A stretch of 62,445 bases of DNA, counting the filler, from Bilabrum cf. latius (lineage: Eukaryota), in the NCBI GenBank assembly GCA_965178125.1. It is 4 parts of 4 records of this genome, joined end to end, with 100 filler letters (N's around TTAATTAATTAA, not from the genome) between each part and the next. Parts side by side here need not be neighbours in the genome. Positions count along the whole stretch, not along the records: positions 1 to 29,863 come from CBCXTV010000017.1; positions 29,964 to 59,245 come from CBCXTV010000018.1; 2 more parts are not named here. The stretch is one strand, 5' to 3'. Made by a program: the position numbers and the translations under genes. Shown here piece after piece: positions 18,905-30,815 of the stretch. How positions within the stretch are numbered: position 1 is the stretch's first letter; each line of letters starts with the position of its first letter. Under the pieces are notes generated by a model that ran no database searches, was not told where the DNA came from, and saw only the letters and a program-made list of their open reading frames with translations.

Positions 18905-19474
18905 CGCTAGGTTGGTTAATAGAGGTTCCGGGGTAAGTTGGCGTTCCGCCGGCCCGGAATTTGGCCGAAATTCGGCCGTTTTGGGCCGATTTGGACCGAA
19001 TTTTGACCGTGTTGGGCCGAATTTTGACCGAGTTTGGCAAAATTTGGCAAAAAAAAATCGGCCAAACATCGGCCAAAATTCGGCCCAAATTCGGCCCAAA
19101 TCGGCCAAATTCGGCCCAAGTCGGCCAACATTTGGCCCAATTCGGCCAACATCGGCCAAAATGTGGCCCAAATCGGCCCAAATTCGGCCCAAATCGGCCC
19201 AAATCGGCCAAAATTCGGCCCAAATCGGCCCAAATTCGGCCCAACTCGGCCCAAATCGCCAAAATTCGGCTAAAATGGGCCCGAATTCGGCCCAACTCGG
19301 CCAACATCGGCCAAAATTCGGCCCAAATCGGCCCAAATCGGCCCCAAATCGGCCCAACATCCACCCAACTCGGCTAAAATCGCGCCGAAATCGGCCCAAA
19401 CTTGGCCAAATCTCGGGCCGGCCGGGCCAGCGGAACGCCGACTTACCCCGGAACCTCTATTAACCAACCTGGAG
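18905..19474. mobile_element. MITE family A with ~45-bp TIRs
   Basis: AGGTTGGTTAATAGAGGTTCCGGGGTAAGTTGGCGTTCCGC versus GCGGAACGCCGACTTACCCCGGAACCTCTATTAACCAACCT. TA on both sides. Confidence 0.85.
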
Positions 19475-19476
19475 TA

Positions 19477-19765
19477 CGCTAAGTTGCTCAATTATCGTTC
19501 CGGAACTTTCGTGGGTCCCCCCCGCCCGGCCCGGCCCGGGCCGGGCCCGGCCCGGGCCCGGGCTGGGGCCCGGGCCCCGCCCGGGCCCGGGCCCGGGCCC
19601 GGGCCCCGGCCCGGGCCCGGGCCCCGGCCCGGGCCCCCGGCCCGGGCCCGGGCCGGTCCCGGCCCCCGGCCCGGGCCCGGGTCCGGGCCGGGCCCGGGCC
19701 CGGGCCCGGGCCCGGGCGGGGCGGAACGATTATTATTCCGGAAACGATTATTGAGCAACCTTGCG
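19477..19765. mobile_element. MITE family B filled with (CCCGGG)n, sharing a TA with the preceding MITE
   Basis: TA|CGCTAAGTTGCTCAATTATCGTTCCGGAA ... TTCCGGAAACGATTATTGAGCAACCTTGCG|TA. Confidence 0.8.
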
Positions 19766-20164
19766 TAGCTTGTTCCAGGCTCAGGGTTGGCAGGCGGCAT
19801 GCCCTCCCCCGGAGGGTCGTAGCGGTCGCCAGGGCCCATGGGTCGCCCCGATGCGGCGCCTTCTCTTGGTCGTCGTCGCCGTCGCTTGGGCCGTCTGGCA
19901 CGCGGCCAGCGTCGCAGCTGCAGGTCCAGACGGCGCCAGCGGGTGGGCGGGCGGGCGGGCGAGCGGGCGGGCGGGGCGGGGCTCTTGGGCGCGCGCGCGC
20001 ACGGGCGCGCGGGCGCTACCAGTGCCGGCCGCGACGCCGACGTTGTGATCGCCGTGTTCTGGGAGGACACCCAGGAGTTCGGGGCCAGAGCCGGCAAAAG
20101 CGCGCGCTGCGCCACGCATCCGTGGACACCGGCGCCAGCTCCATCGGCGCGGACCAGCAGATCA

Positions 20165-20403
20165 CCCGGGCCCCGGCCCCGGCCCGGGCCCCGGGCCCGG
20201 GCCCGGGCCCCGGCCCGGGCCCGGGCCCTGGGCCGGGCCCGAGCCCGAGCCCGGGCCGGGGGCCGGGCCCGGCCCAGGCCCGGGCCCGCGCCCGGGCCGG
20301 GCCCGGGCCCGGGCCGGGCCCGGGCCCGGGCCCGGGCCCGGGCCCCCGGCCCCGGCCCCGGCCCCCGGCCCCGGCCCCGGCCCCGGCCCCGGGACCGGGC
20401 CCG
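20165..20403. repeat. (CCCGGG)/(CCCCGG)n simple repeat
   Basis: Direct reading. Confidence 0.9.
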
Positions 20404-20730
20404 GTGTGAGCGTCGGCGCGCTCTTGATGGCGCCGCAGATGTCGTCTGCGATCGCCCGCGTCGCAGCCATTTCAGAGTCGGATTGCGAACCCGAGAGCGG
20501 GCAGACGCTTCTCGGGCGAAAATGCAAGAGCCGGTTGCGAGCACACGCGCTCCTCACGGGCCGAGCGGGTCCCCGCTCCTTATCCCTGCGACAGCCAACC
20601 TTTTGTCCGCGATTCTCTAACGGCGCCGTCCCCCTCGCACCTCCCCCCCCGCTTCGCTCTCGCTGCGGGTGGCGCGACAGAGACGACGCCCGCAGCAGGA
20701 ATCATACCACTAGACCAGCGGGTAGGAGCA

Positions 20731-23322
20731 ATGGGCCCCACTCCGGAGGAGTTAGCTGAGTGGGAGGCGCAGGGCAGCTTCCAGGACGCGCTTTATGCGT
20801 GGGCAGCTGCGCGCCAGGAGCCCATGTTGTGGAATGATTGGCAGAGGGGGTTCTTCGCCATCCGCAATGTGCTGCCGGATGCGCCGGACTTGCCCGATGG
20901 AGGCCAGGCGAGGGGAACAGTCTCGGCCTTGCGCACCGAAGTCATGGAGGCCGTCCATGGCCCAGGCTGGAAGCAGCGGCTGGGCACGGGAGGGCGGGAT
21001 GGCGTCGGGCGTTTTCACCAGGGGGAAGGAACAAGCCCCAGCGTCCTCGGGAGGAGACGCAAATGCGGAGGCGCAGAGGCCCCAGGAGGCGCCAGCGCCG
21101 CGATCGGACCCGGGCGTCAAGAGCAGCGGACGTGCTGGAGGGGATTCGGGAGCAGCCAAAGGTCGGTCAGCGTCGGCGATCGGTGTGGAGGCGGGCAGAG
21201 GCAAGATGCTCGCTCTTCCGGCTCTGGAGCGAGGGGCCCGGGAGGAACACGCCCAGTGAGAGCGGGAGTGGTAGGCTGGCTGCCTACGAGCCCGCCCTGG
21301 GAGAGGCGACGCTGCAGATGTGGAGGCCTGCGACGACCCGTTCCCGAAGGCGAGGATCCCGCAGTCACGGCGAACCGGGAGGAAGTGCTCGAGGCAGACC
21401 TGTTGGCGGGTGAGACCGCCGAGGAAGAGGTCGAGAGCGCGCTGGTGATGCTGCATCACGTGCCGGTGCTGCACGAGGTGTGGCGTGAGTACCGGGAGCA
21501 GATTGGGGGGGAGCATGGCCCTGAGCGAGTGGGCGTCGAACCATCTGCTGACGGGCCGCCACCGAGAGCCGGGCGAGGAGTTCCGTGCCACTGAGCTCAA
21601 GCTGAGGGCTCTGGCGCGCGTTGCGGGCTTGACCCACGGCGGACGTGCACAGTATTCTCGTGCGCGAGTGGGACATGGCCCAGTACGAGTTGCACAAGTC
21701 CAGGAGCTCAGTGTATCGGAGCTCGGAACGGACTTCGCAGAGCCGACGGCGCTCGTCGGGCAGTACGCCGTTCGAGGAAGGGGCAGGCAGCCCCCGGCGA
21801 CCAGAACGAGTGGCGGCCCAAGAGTTTTTACATTGTGTCAGGGAGCCACGGGCGAGGAGCGGGCGAGCGGGTCTTGACGGGCGGCCCCCGCCGTCCGCGG
21901 AGGCAGCGGTGCGGCTTCGGGCGAGGGAGCGGCTCATGGCAGTGGAGAGGTCTCGGCAGGCAGTGCGCGACCTCGGGAAGGTGCCGGAGGAGCAGAGATC
22001 TTCGGGCGCTCGAAGGACGCCCGGCCCCCCGTTGCTCAAACCGATCCGGCCGAGCCTCGGGGAAGCCGGGCAGGAGCCCAGGGCCAAAACCGATTCGGCG
22101 GGCCTTGGAGCGAGTAAGCGCGAGGAGGCGCTCGTGCAAGCCCTGAGGAGTGTGGCCCAAGGGCTAGCGGATAAGGCGCGAAGAAGTCGAGGACGAGCGG
22201 ATGAGCGGTGGTGAGCGCATCAGCGCGTTGACCGGGCTGGAGCACAAGCAGCAGCTGCCCGTGATCAAGGATTCGAATCCCGACTTCGCGTCGCATTTGC
22301 TAGAGTTTGAGGGCATTCTCGAGTGCTTCAAGGCCAGAAAGGGTAAGGTTGCGGCCTTTGAGAAGCTCACGTTACTCAAGAGAACCCTCGCGCCGGGCGG
22401 CACCCGTTGTCGGGTGTACGAGACGTTCTACAAGACTGCCATGAAGGAACGCCGATTGCCTCAAGAGGCGGCCACTGTGTACGAAGAGGTGTGTCGCCGC
22501 TTGACGAATACGATCCGGGAGACATGGCTCCAGAAGCAGGCGAGGGTCGAGACCGAGTTCGAGCGCTTGAACATGGGAACGTTGCCGTTCTCAGCCTTCC
22601 GGGCGGAATGGGAGGCGAAATTGCTGGAGCTCGAGGAAGTGGACATCAGCTACTCGAAGAACATGATGTTCCGCAAGCTCTTGACCAAGCTGACTCCGCA
22701 GATCCGGACGGCCGTCCAGAACCGCGTGTGGGTCCTGAACGGCTCTGGCCCACCGCGAGGGCCGCAGACGTGGGAGGAGCTGGTGAAGTGCGTAGAGGAG
22801 CACCTCGACTCCGTCATCGATACGCGCCTACCAGCCACGGACGCCGTCCAGGTCGTTGGACCCGCGCCGGCGAGCAGGAGCCCCGAGCAGTGCTACCATT
22901 GCCAGCGCTTGGACCACCCAACGGGCCTCTGCCCGAAGAGAGCCGCAGACATGCGGGGCGATAGCGCGAAGTGCGTGGCGGATCACGCGCGTTCGGGCAC
23001 GAGTTGCGCGCACTGCGGCGCCATTGACCACGAGGCCCGCCATCATTCCCTCGCGGCTACAGATCTTCTCGCACAGTCGGGGCGCCGAGCGCCCCAGCCG
23101 TGTCCGCGGTGCCTTTGCATGGAGCGTTGGGCACCGGAGCTGTCTTCGCCGCCGCACACAGGGAGGGGCGGCGGTGGGAAGAGTGGGGGCAAAGGCGTTC
23201 GCGAGGGCCTCTCCAAGGAGGAGAAGGCGCTCCTCCCGTGCAAGTTCGGGGCGCAGTGTCGGGGCCTACCTGGAGGGCAGGTGCGAATTCCTTCACTCGG
23301 AGATCCCGAGCGGGCTGGGTAG
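20731..23322 (+). pseudogene. gag: gag-like region (frameshifted) with zinc knuckles
   Basis: ORF 22201-23322 is helical and Gag-like, with CYHCQRLDHPTGLC and CAHCGAIDHEARHH knuckles. Confidence 0.7.
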
Positions 23323-23789
23323 CACGGGAGGGCAGGTTGCGACCGCCGTGGGTGCGTCGGGGGCGTCGCCGAAGACGAAGGCGAGGAGTCGGAATTGGGA
23401 CCCGCTTTGCTTCAAGTGTCGCAGGCGCTTGTCAGAGCATCCGGAATGGACGGTTTTGCCCGAGAGTGGAGAGTGGGGCCGCAGCTGGCGCGATAGCTGT
23501 CCGCCTCCGTGGGGAAGGTGCCTTCCTCCGCCGGCGCCGAGCGTGGAGCCTCGGGCCCCCAAGGCCGCGCCAGCGGGAGTTCCGAGGGCTAAGATCACGG
23601 GGGCCCCAGCCGGGCGTGTGAGCGAGCGATGGTCTATGTGGAGGATCGTCGGTGCCTGGGCTTCGATGGAGTGCGGAGGTTGGCAAAGGCATGGACGTGC
23701 TGCGCTTCCTTGCATCGGGCGACCCCGGCCAAACCGATTCGGCGGGCCAGGGTCGACCCGTGCCGGCGAAGAGAGTTGAGGCGCAGCGA

Positions 23790-24400
23790 TGGAGTGCTCA
23801 GCCGCAGTCGATCGCGGAGTACCACGGCCGAGCGCTGTCGACCAAGGTTTGCACGTTGCAGAACCTCGCCGAAGTCGAGAAGGACTATCCGGACGAGATC
23901 ACGCACCATCGCGTCTCCAGGCCGCCGGGGTATTGCGCCGAGACGCTCTTGCACTTTGGTGGGCTGGGCGTAGTGAGCATTCTCGATTATGGCGCGACCT
24001 GTAGTGGCATGCCGGAGGAAGTCGCGATGGCCATCATCGAGCACGCCCAGTTGCAGGTGAGCAGGGGCGCGTACAAGGAGACGGACCAGGAGTACCCCGT
24101 CGCGGCGATCATCAAGTTTGCCGAGCCTCCCGAAGTTCGACGGGGTGGCGGCCGGAGCAGGGATCGAGATTCGCTACGGCATCGAGCTCCGCGCGGAGTT
24201 CGTCCCGTTGGGTAAGACGAGCGGCCCCTTTTCGGTCGCTGTACTTTAGGATCTTCCCGAAGGGGACGTGCAAACGTCGCCGGGTGCATCTTGGGCTTTC
24301 CCGTGCTCGATTCGGTGCCGAACGGTCTGGGCCATCATGTCTGTGAGGCGGCGCACGTGTTCGAAGGCTTGGGAGCTTCGCCTCCGCGGCTGGATCTCGC
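23790..24400 (+). pseudogene. Retropepsin-like aspartic protease region
   Basis: VVSILDYGATCSGM at ~23985 (variant of D[ST]GA). Confidence 0.6.
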
Positions 24401-26189
24401 CGGGCGCGATCGCTACACGAGGGCTCTGGAGTTGCATGCCAAGACGGGGGGCGCGACTTACCGGCTTCGCGAGAGGGACGCCTAACCGTTGGGAGCAGCT
24501 CGAAGAAGATGCGGATGGCGCGCCGCGAGGAAAGGGTTCCGTAGCCGTTTGCTCGTCACCGGGAGCGTCAAGGGGTCTGGAGCAAACCGATTCGGCGGCA
24601 CCGGCCCTTGGCGCCTCGCGGGGCGTTGCCGAGCTGTCTTGCGCGGGAAATCCCCTGCGGCGCAGCGCCCCGGCGGAGCCCGGCGTCCAGCTCTGCCCCG
24701 CGAGCCCTTGCGGTTCTGGGCGTTCCGAGGGTTCCCGTGGCGGAGTTTACGCCGTTGCGGACGCAGGCCCTTTGCTCTTGGCCGCAGGAAGCTCTGCCCC
24801 TGGTGCCAGCCGTCTGGAGTCCCGGGGTGCCCAAGAAGGACTTCTGGGCCGTGTCACTCTCCGACCCGCAGGCACGAGAAGGTCTCGAAGTAATGACGGG
24901 CATCTGTACCGGAGGCGAGGGAGAGGACGCTGTTGCACGTGACCAATACGTCAAAGATGGACGTGACGATCGAGATCGGGACTGCTCTCGCTCGGGTGGC
25001 CGAGCCCTCAGAGCCCGGAGCCCAGGAGCTTCTAAGCAAAGGGAGCGAGGCTGTGGGCCCGATGGCGCCCGACGAGCCCGGCGTGGTGGCGCTGCTGAAT
25101 GCCGGCGAGGAGCCGAGCGGAGCCCGGGTGTCGGCGAAGCGGGGCGACCTCGGGGAGCGCGCCTTCGAGATGTTGAACGAGACGAAGTATTCGGCGGACG
25201 ACGTGGGCAACGTCAGTTCGGGGTCCTTGGGCGTCTTGCGGAGGCGAGCCGAAGAAGTCTTGTCGAAGAAGAAGCGGTGCGTGTGGTATGGCCTCCAAGG
25301 CGAGGGCGGCTCCTTGTCGTTGCGTCTGCCCCCAACAGGGCATAAGGGGCTGTTCGCCGAGGCCAGCGATGCCGTCAAGGCCACCTTCAGTGCGGAACGT
25401 GTGGTGGACTGCGTTAGTGCTGGGAGAAAGTGAGGCCGTCAAGGCGGAGCTTGAATTTGCGGGGGACGCCGAGGCCACGGCGTACGCGATCCCGCTGTCG
25501 GAGGGGCTTGAGTCCGACCCTTTCCACGGGAGTGAAGGGGGCGGCGGTCTGCCCCGGAGAGTTCGTCGTGATGACTGCCGGCCAGTTCGCCAGGTCGAGT
25601 GGGAGCAGAGTTGTGGCCCTGGTCCTGGCGAGCGAGGGAGTGAAAGGGCTGTCGCCAAGGGAGCGCTCTTGATGCGGGACGAGGGTTTTGTCCCTCCGAG
25701 CTTTTCCTACGGTTGGGGCTTGGCGGATGTCATGTACGGAGAGCCGCGGGAGAGCGAGCGCTGTGGCACGGCCCGAAGGAAGGAGAGGCCGTGGGCGAAG
25801 GGGGGGCATGGACCTTGACGCGCTCGATGACTGTGTGCACGCCGTCTCGCGTGCGTTTGGGGCAGTCGGACGAGGAGGCGCGCGAGGAATCGGTGCAAGG
25901 AGTCTCACCTCTGGGCGTTGAGGGAAGTGGCGACTCAGGAGTGTGGCGAGTTGGTCCATCAAGGGTTCTACACTGGGCCCCTCGCGGAGGAGTCAGGTGA
26001 CAGGGCGTATCACTTGGTGCTGAGCAGGGAAGAGATCGAGGAGAGCGAGCAGCGCGAGCTTCCCCCTCAGGAGTATTACGAGCAGTTGGGGAAGGTGCTT
26101 GCGCAGAAGTTCCCCGGAGCGGATGCCGACTTGATTGAGCATGTGGTGCCGTTGGTGGCCGCGTTTGACACGGCGACGACCTATGCGTT

Positions 26190-26990
26190 GAGCTTCGGGA
26201 TCGCGAAGTTCCAGATCGCGCAGCACAAGGTGAAGCTTGTGGGGGAATATGTCGGGAGGAATGGCCGTTCGCCGAACCCCGAGACCGTGAGGGCGATTAA
26301 GAAATGGCCGCCCGTCAACAACCCTCAAGGATTTGCAGGCGTTCTTGGGCACCGCGAATTACATGAGGGCGCATGCGGGGCCCGCGTACGCGAGGGTGTC
26401 GACGCCGCTCAGGCCGCTCCTGAAGCTTGGGCGCGACCTTCCCGCCGAAGGAGGAGCAGCTCGCCGCGATCGAGGCGCTGAAGGAGTTGCTTGTAGACGA
26501 CCATACCTTGGCCGTGCCCGATGAAGCCGCGGCCCGTGCGGCGGCGGCGAATGCTTGGAATGCCGGGGAGCCGCCGAAGGGAAGGCCGTACGAGATGGGC
26601 GCGGACACGTCGGGCTACGCGATTGGGGCCGTTGACCGGCCAGTGCGACAGGAACGGGGGGCACGTTGCGCACCTTGTTGTATTTCTCGGCGCACTCGTC
26701 CGAGTGCCAGCAGAACTGGCACCCGTTCGAGCAGGAGTTGTGGGGGGCTGTTATGCGCGCGCGGGGACTGCGTCAAGCATTTGGGCCGGATCCCTGCGAT
26801 CTTGCACACGGACCATGCGAATATCACGCGCCTCGACTCGTTACCCCTATCGCGGGTAGAGCCGAAACACTTCCGATGGGTCGCGGAGCTCCTTCAATGG
26901 GGGTTCGAGGTTGCTCTTATCGCCCGGGAACGGGGGCCTTGCATAGTGGCCTTGACGCGATCAGTCGCCACCCGAGGGCCGCGACCAGCT
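26190..26990 (+). pseudogene. RT C-terminal/thumb region and RNase H (frameshifted)
   Basis: KVKLVGEYV, AIKKWPP, LQAFLGTANY, GADTSGYAIGAV, QQNWHPFEQEL, ILHTDHANI, YRPG..DAISR. Confidence 0.85.
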
Positions 26991-28124
26991 GATCTTGGCC
27001 AAGGCGGGCCAGTGGACGCAGCACCGTGCGACGATCAGGGAGTGCAGGCGGCGATTGACGGGGGAAATTTGATGACGACGAGCCGGTGATGATCGTTCCT
27101 GCCGACTTGCCCCCCGAGAAGTTGGAGCCCCTTTCCTACGAGAGCTTGGTGGAAGCCGGCGCGATCGCTCGGGAGTCCGAGACGCAGATCCAGGGGGTGC
27201 GCCGGAAGGCTCGGAAGAGGCTTCGAGAAGGGAGGGGAGGAGAGCGGATCGAGGATGGCCCGGAGGAGCCCGCTGGCCAAACCGATACGGCGGGCCGGCG
27301 GGCCCCCGACGAAACGGGTGAGGGCGCTGCCCCCGGACAAACCGATTCGGCCGTCCGGAGGGGTTCCAGAAGGTTGCCGGGTGCACGTGCTCCAGAACCC
27401 GTCGGGGGAAGACATCAACGTGAGCGTGAACCGACAGATCCGGGTGCTGGTCCTTGGGCCTTGGGACTGCCGGAGGAGGTTGAGAAGAAGGCGAAGGAGT
27501 TGGCCGTGCGGATTGGCCACGCCGCGGGGTGTCCGACGGAGTGTGTTCTGTTGGACGCTCCCTTCGCCGTCGACGGAGCGATCGATGGTACCCAGCATTG
27601 GATCCGGGTTGTGGCTCGCACGCAGGAGGAGCGGAGAAGTGCTTACGCCCGTCAAGGGTTCACGGGGTTGATCACACTCCACTCCGGAGCCGTGCAGTGG
27701 GGCCCGGACGTGATCGCGGGCATTGGCCAAGGAGGATTGACCGTGGCGTTAGGATCGCTGCCCTTGGTGGTGGAGGCCGCCTGCCGCTGGAGGATCGTCA
27801 CCCCGGAGGAGATGAGGGACTTTCGACGGGTCTGGGGGCGCATTCGCGCCCTGATCATCGTGGACCCCCTTGATCGTGCCTCAGAGGTCCCAGTGGCTGG
27901 ACGTGTTGGAAGCCTTCCCCGAGAGCGTGCGGGTCCAGCCGTCGGGGATCTATCGAGAGCTCTTGGTCACGCCCTCGGTATCAGCACATGAAGTTCGCGC
28001 GGCATTTTTTTGGGGGGGGGGGATCGCGGCCCCTCCCCACGCTGAAGTATTGGAAGGGGTGCTACGAGAGGCGCTTACGAAGAAGGTCCCCTTCTACTTC
28101 GAGGACGACCCCCTCGGCGTGGAG

Positions 28125-28250
28125 GCATGCGCGGTGTGCGGAAAGAAGAATGCGATGGGCCGGTGTCCACGCTGCGGGCTTTTGATGCACCTTGGGTGCG
28201 TCGCCCCGCCGACGCTAGGGGGGACCCGTTGTGCCCGCGATGCACTGCGG
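28125..28250 (+). other. PHD-type zinc finger within pol
   Basis: CAVCGKKNAMGRCPRCGLLMHLGC, then CPRC after a frameshift (C4HC3). Confidence 0.7.
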
Positions 28251-28896
28251 AGGAGCACGAGCGCAGCACGTCGGCGGGCGACGGGGGGGGCCTTGGGCGC
28301 GGAACCGGCGCTGGATGCAGCGGGGCTTTGGGCAAAACCGATTCGGCCGCCCTTTGCCCCTGGGGCGCGTGCCGTCCTGAATGATGCCGGGAGGATGGGT
28401 TCCGCTGCGGTGGACCCCCGTAGGACCCGTGCCGGAGGCGAGCTCCCAGGAGTGCTCGTTCAGCCCGCTGCAGGTCTTCGGGGCGGATCTGGGGGCGCAC
28501 TTGGAAGTCCCTTTCCGCGTGGGGCGCATGCCGTCGGGTGAGGAAGCGCGGGAGGCCGGCTACCAGGATGTGGCCACGTGGTTCCGGCGCGCGGGTGCGG
28601 CCAGGCTGGCCGCCCCCCACCTCGCCGACGTCGAGTTTCGGAGTCTTTCCCTACTGCGCGCGCGCCAGAGGAGGAGAGCGGAGCCGAAGTTCTGTGCGCA
28701 AAAGGAGACTGGGCATGGACAGATCGTACCTCCTTGTGGATGTCGAAGTTGGCCTCCGGGAGCGGCGTGAGTTGTGCGCGAACGCCAGGGAGGATCTCGC
28801 GAAGAAGGCGGAAGAGGAGTGGGCCGCGGCTTGGAGTTACGATAAAGCCAGTGCCCGAATTGCCCGTGCTTCTCGACGGTCGTATGCCAGATCGCC

Positions 28897-29863
28897 TTGG
28901 GGAGGGCCCAGAGGGAAGGGAAGGTGTGGGCCCCGATCATCGCGCTCAAGCAGGATGAGTTGTATTCGAAGGAGGGCGTTCCAGCGGCCGTTGGTGAAAG
29001 GAGGACGAATCGGCGCCGGCAGCTCGCCCCCGTGGAGTCGGAGCAGTACCGGCTGAACCCGATCGATGACTTGTTGGAAAGGGAAGTCGCGCTCGCCGAA
29101 TCCCGATGGGTGTACTACTTGCCCGTCATTCCGGAAGGATGTGTGCCCGCGGATCCGGGAGGGAGGACGTGGCGGAGGTGGCTCTTCGAGCATGCCCACG
29201 CCTCCATGCTCAACCCGCACAGGCCGCAGGGCGAGTCGTTCCAGATCCTCCGCCGGATGGGTTGGTGGCCGACGCTGTCGACGGATTTCAACGCGTGGTA
29301 CGGAAGTTGCCGTGTGTGCCAGCAGTACAGGGCGAAGCCGGTGCAAGGGCCTTTCCGGTCTACGCTTGCGGATGACACGCGCCGGGATGCCGTCCCTTGG
29401 ACGGACGTCATGGTCGACGTCCAGGGCCCCTACACCAAAGCCGAGGGGGGCGAAATGTACGTCCTCAGCTACTTCTGCACGGCGCTCAAAGTGCCCTTCA
29501 TGGAGCCTTTCCGATCGCTTCAGGCCGGCAGCTTTTCTCGAGCTTTTGTTGCCGCGGTCCTGAGGTCCAGGACGATCCCGGAGATTACGCAGGACAGACA
29601 GAGGAGCGGAGTTCACGTCGAGGGTGCATGAGGAGTTTCTCGCGCTGTGTGGGACGGTGCATCGCACAGGCAGTGCTTTCACGCCCCGTCATCAAGGATT
29701 GGTGGAGAGGAGCCATCAGGTGCAGTTGCAGCAGCACTTGATCTTGCTCAATGCCGTGTGCCAGGCGTTTCCGCAGGAGTGGCCAGCGTTGCTCCCTCTG
29801 CTGGAGTACTTGTATTTCACGGCGCCGCGCGGCGCCACCGGGTGAGTGCGCATGACGTGAGCA
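28897..29863 (+). pseudogene. Integrase (HHCC zinc-binding region plus DDE core), frameshifted and truncated
   Basis: EHAH..NPH...GWWP...CRVC, PWTDVMVDVQGPY, GSAFTPRHQGLVERSHQ. Confidence 0.9.
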
Positions 29864-29963
29864 NNNNNNNNNNNNNNNNNNNNNNNNNNNNNNNNNNNNN
29901 NNNNNNNTTAATTAATTAANNNNNNNNNNNNNNNNNNNNNNNNNNNNNNNNNNNNNNNNNNNN
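29864..29963. other. Artificial contig spacer
   Basis: 100 bp of N-run + TTAATTAATTAA + N-run. Same spacer at 59246-59345 and 61346-61445. Confidence 0.98.
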
Positions 29964-30815
29964 GGGCGCCTGGATACAATCGAATGGACGTTTCGTCCAT
30001 GTTGATCCTGACGACGGCGGAGCCCGGCGGCCTCTGGGCGGACAGGAACGCGTCCCACTGGAAGCACGCCATGGCCTGTCCATAAACGGCCCCCGGGCCG
30101 CCGCCCGGCCGCAAAACGGGGGACCGGAAATGGCCGCCAAATCGGGCCCGCCCTATTAAAACCCATACTAGGCGGCCGCCAAATGGCGGCAACGGCCTTC
30201 TCCCGCAACACGGTGGCGCCCAGAGCAGGCCCGGGACGGGCTGCTGCCCAGCGAATGCCCCAGCGCCGACGCCAGCGCCGCACCCACTGCCGCGCCCCTC
30301 TCGGGACTGTCGTCGCCGGCGCGGCCAACGCGGCATCGCCCCTCCAGGCCCCTGGCTCTGGATGCTTCCAGCGAGCCCACACCTGGCTGTAGCTCGGCGT
30401 CAACCCCTGGGCCCGGTTGACGTCCGCGACCCATGCCGTCAGTTTCCGCTGCTTTTGCGGCTGCGGCGTTCGCCTCTGCGGCGGCCAGATCTGCCGGCGG
30501 CGGCTTGAGGCTCGGGGCGCCCCCTTCGCTGGATGATGCCGCCGCCGCGTCGGCGACGGAGCGACCCCCTGCGAGATAGGCCGCCGCAGCCTTCTCGCCA
30601 TCCGCGCCGCCGACGCGGCGAGCAACGCAACTCGCCACTTCAGCCCGGCGCGGCTGCCTTTTCCGCTTGCCGGCCCCTCGACGGGCCTCGTCCGCCAACC
30701 GGCGGAGTTCTGACCGCACCGCCGCTGCATCAGCGGCGGCTTTCCGGCGCTGCTCTCGCAAGTGCGTCAGGCCGCCCGGCTTTGCCGGGCCAAGACGTGC
30801 AAGGTGGTCGGCCAT
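29964..30815 (-). CDS. DDE transposase, N-terminal part (cut by contig start)
   Basis: Copy of 44879-45872 with two internal deletions. Confidence 0.75.

Larger units (their letters stand above)
20731..29863 (+). mobile_element. Ty3/gypsy-type LTR retrotransposon internal region, heavily frameshifted and cut by the contig end
   Basis: Domain order gag - protease - RT thumb - RNase H - PHD - integrase. Confidence 0.85.

Noticed and set aside
13096-20620. Many ORFs rich in GP/AR, K or F repeats
   Set aside because: Translations of CCCGGG, satellite and poly-A/G tracts. Not credible genes.
20404-20690. 5' LTR/PBS of the gypsy element
   Set aside because: TG start and TGGCGCGAC are suggestive, but there is no second LTR in the window to confirm them.
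29908-29919. TTAATTAATTAA palindromes within N runs
   Set aside because: Artificial all-frame-stop spacer, identical at all three joins.
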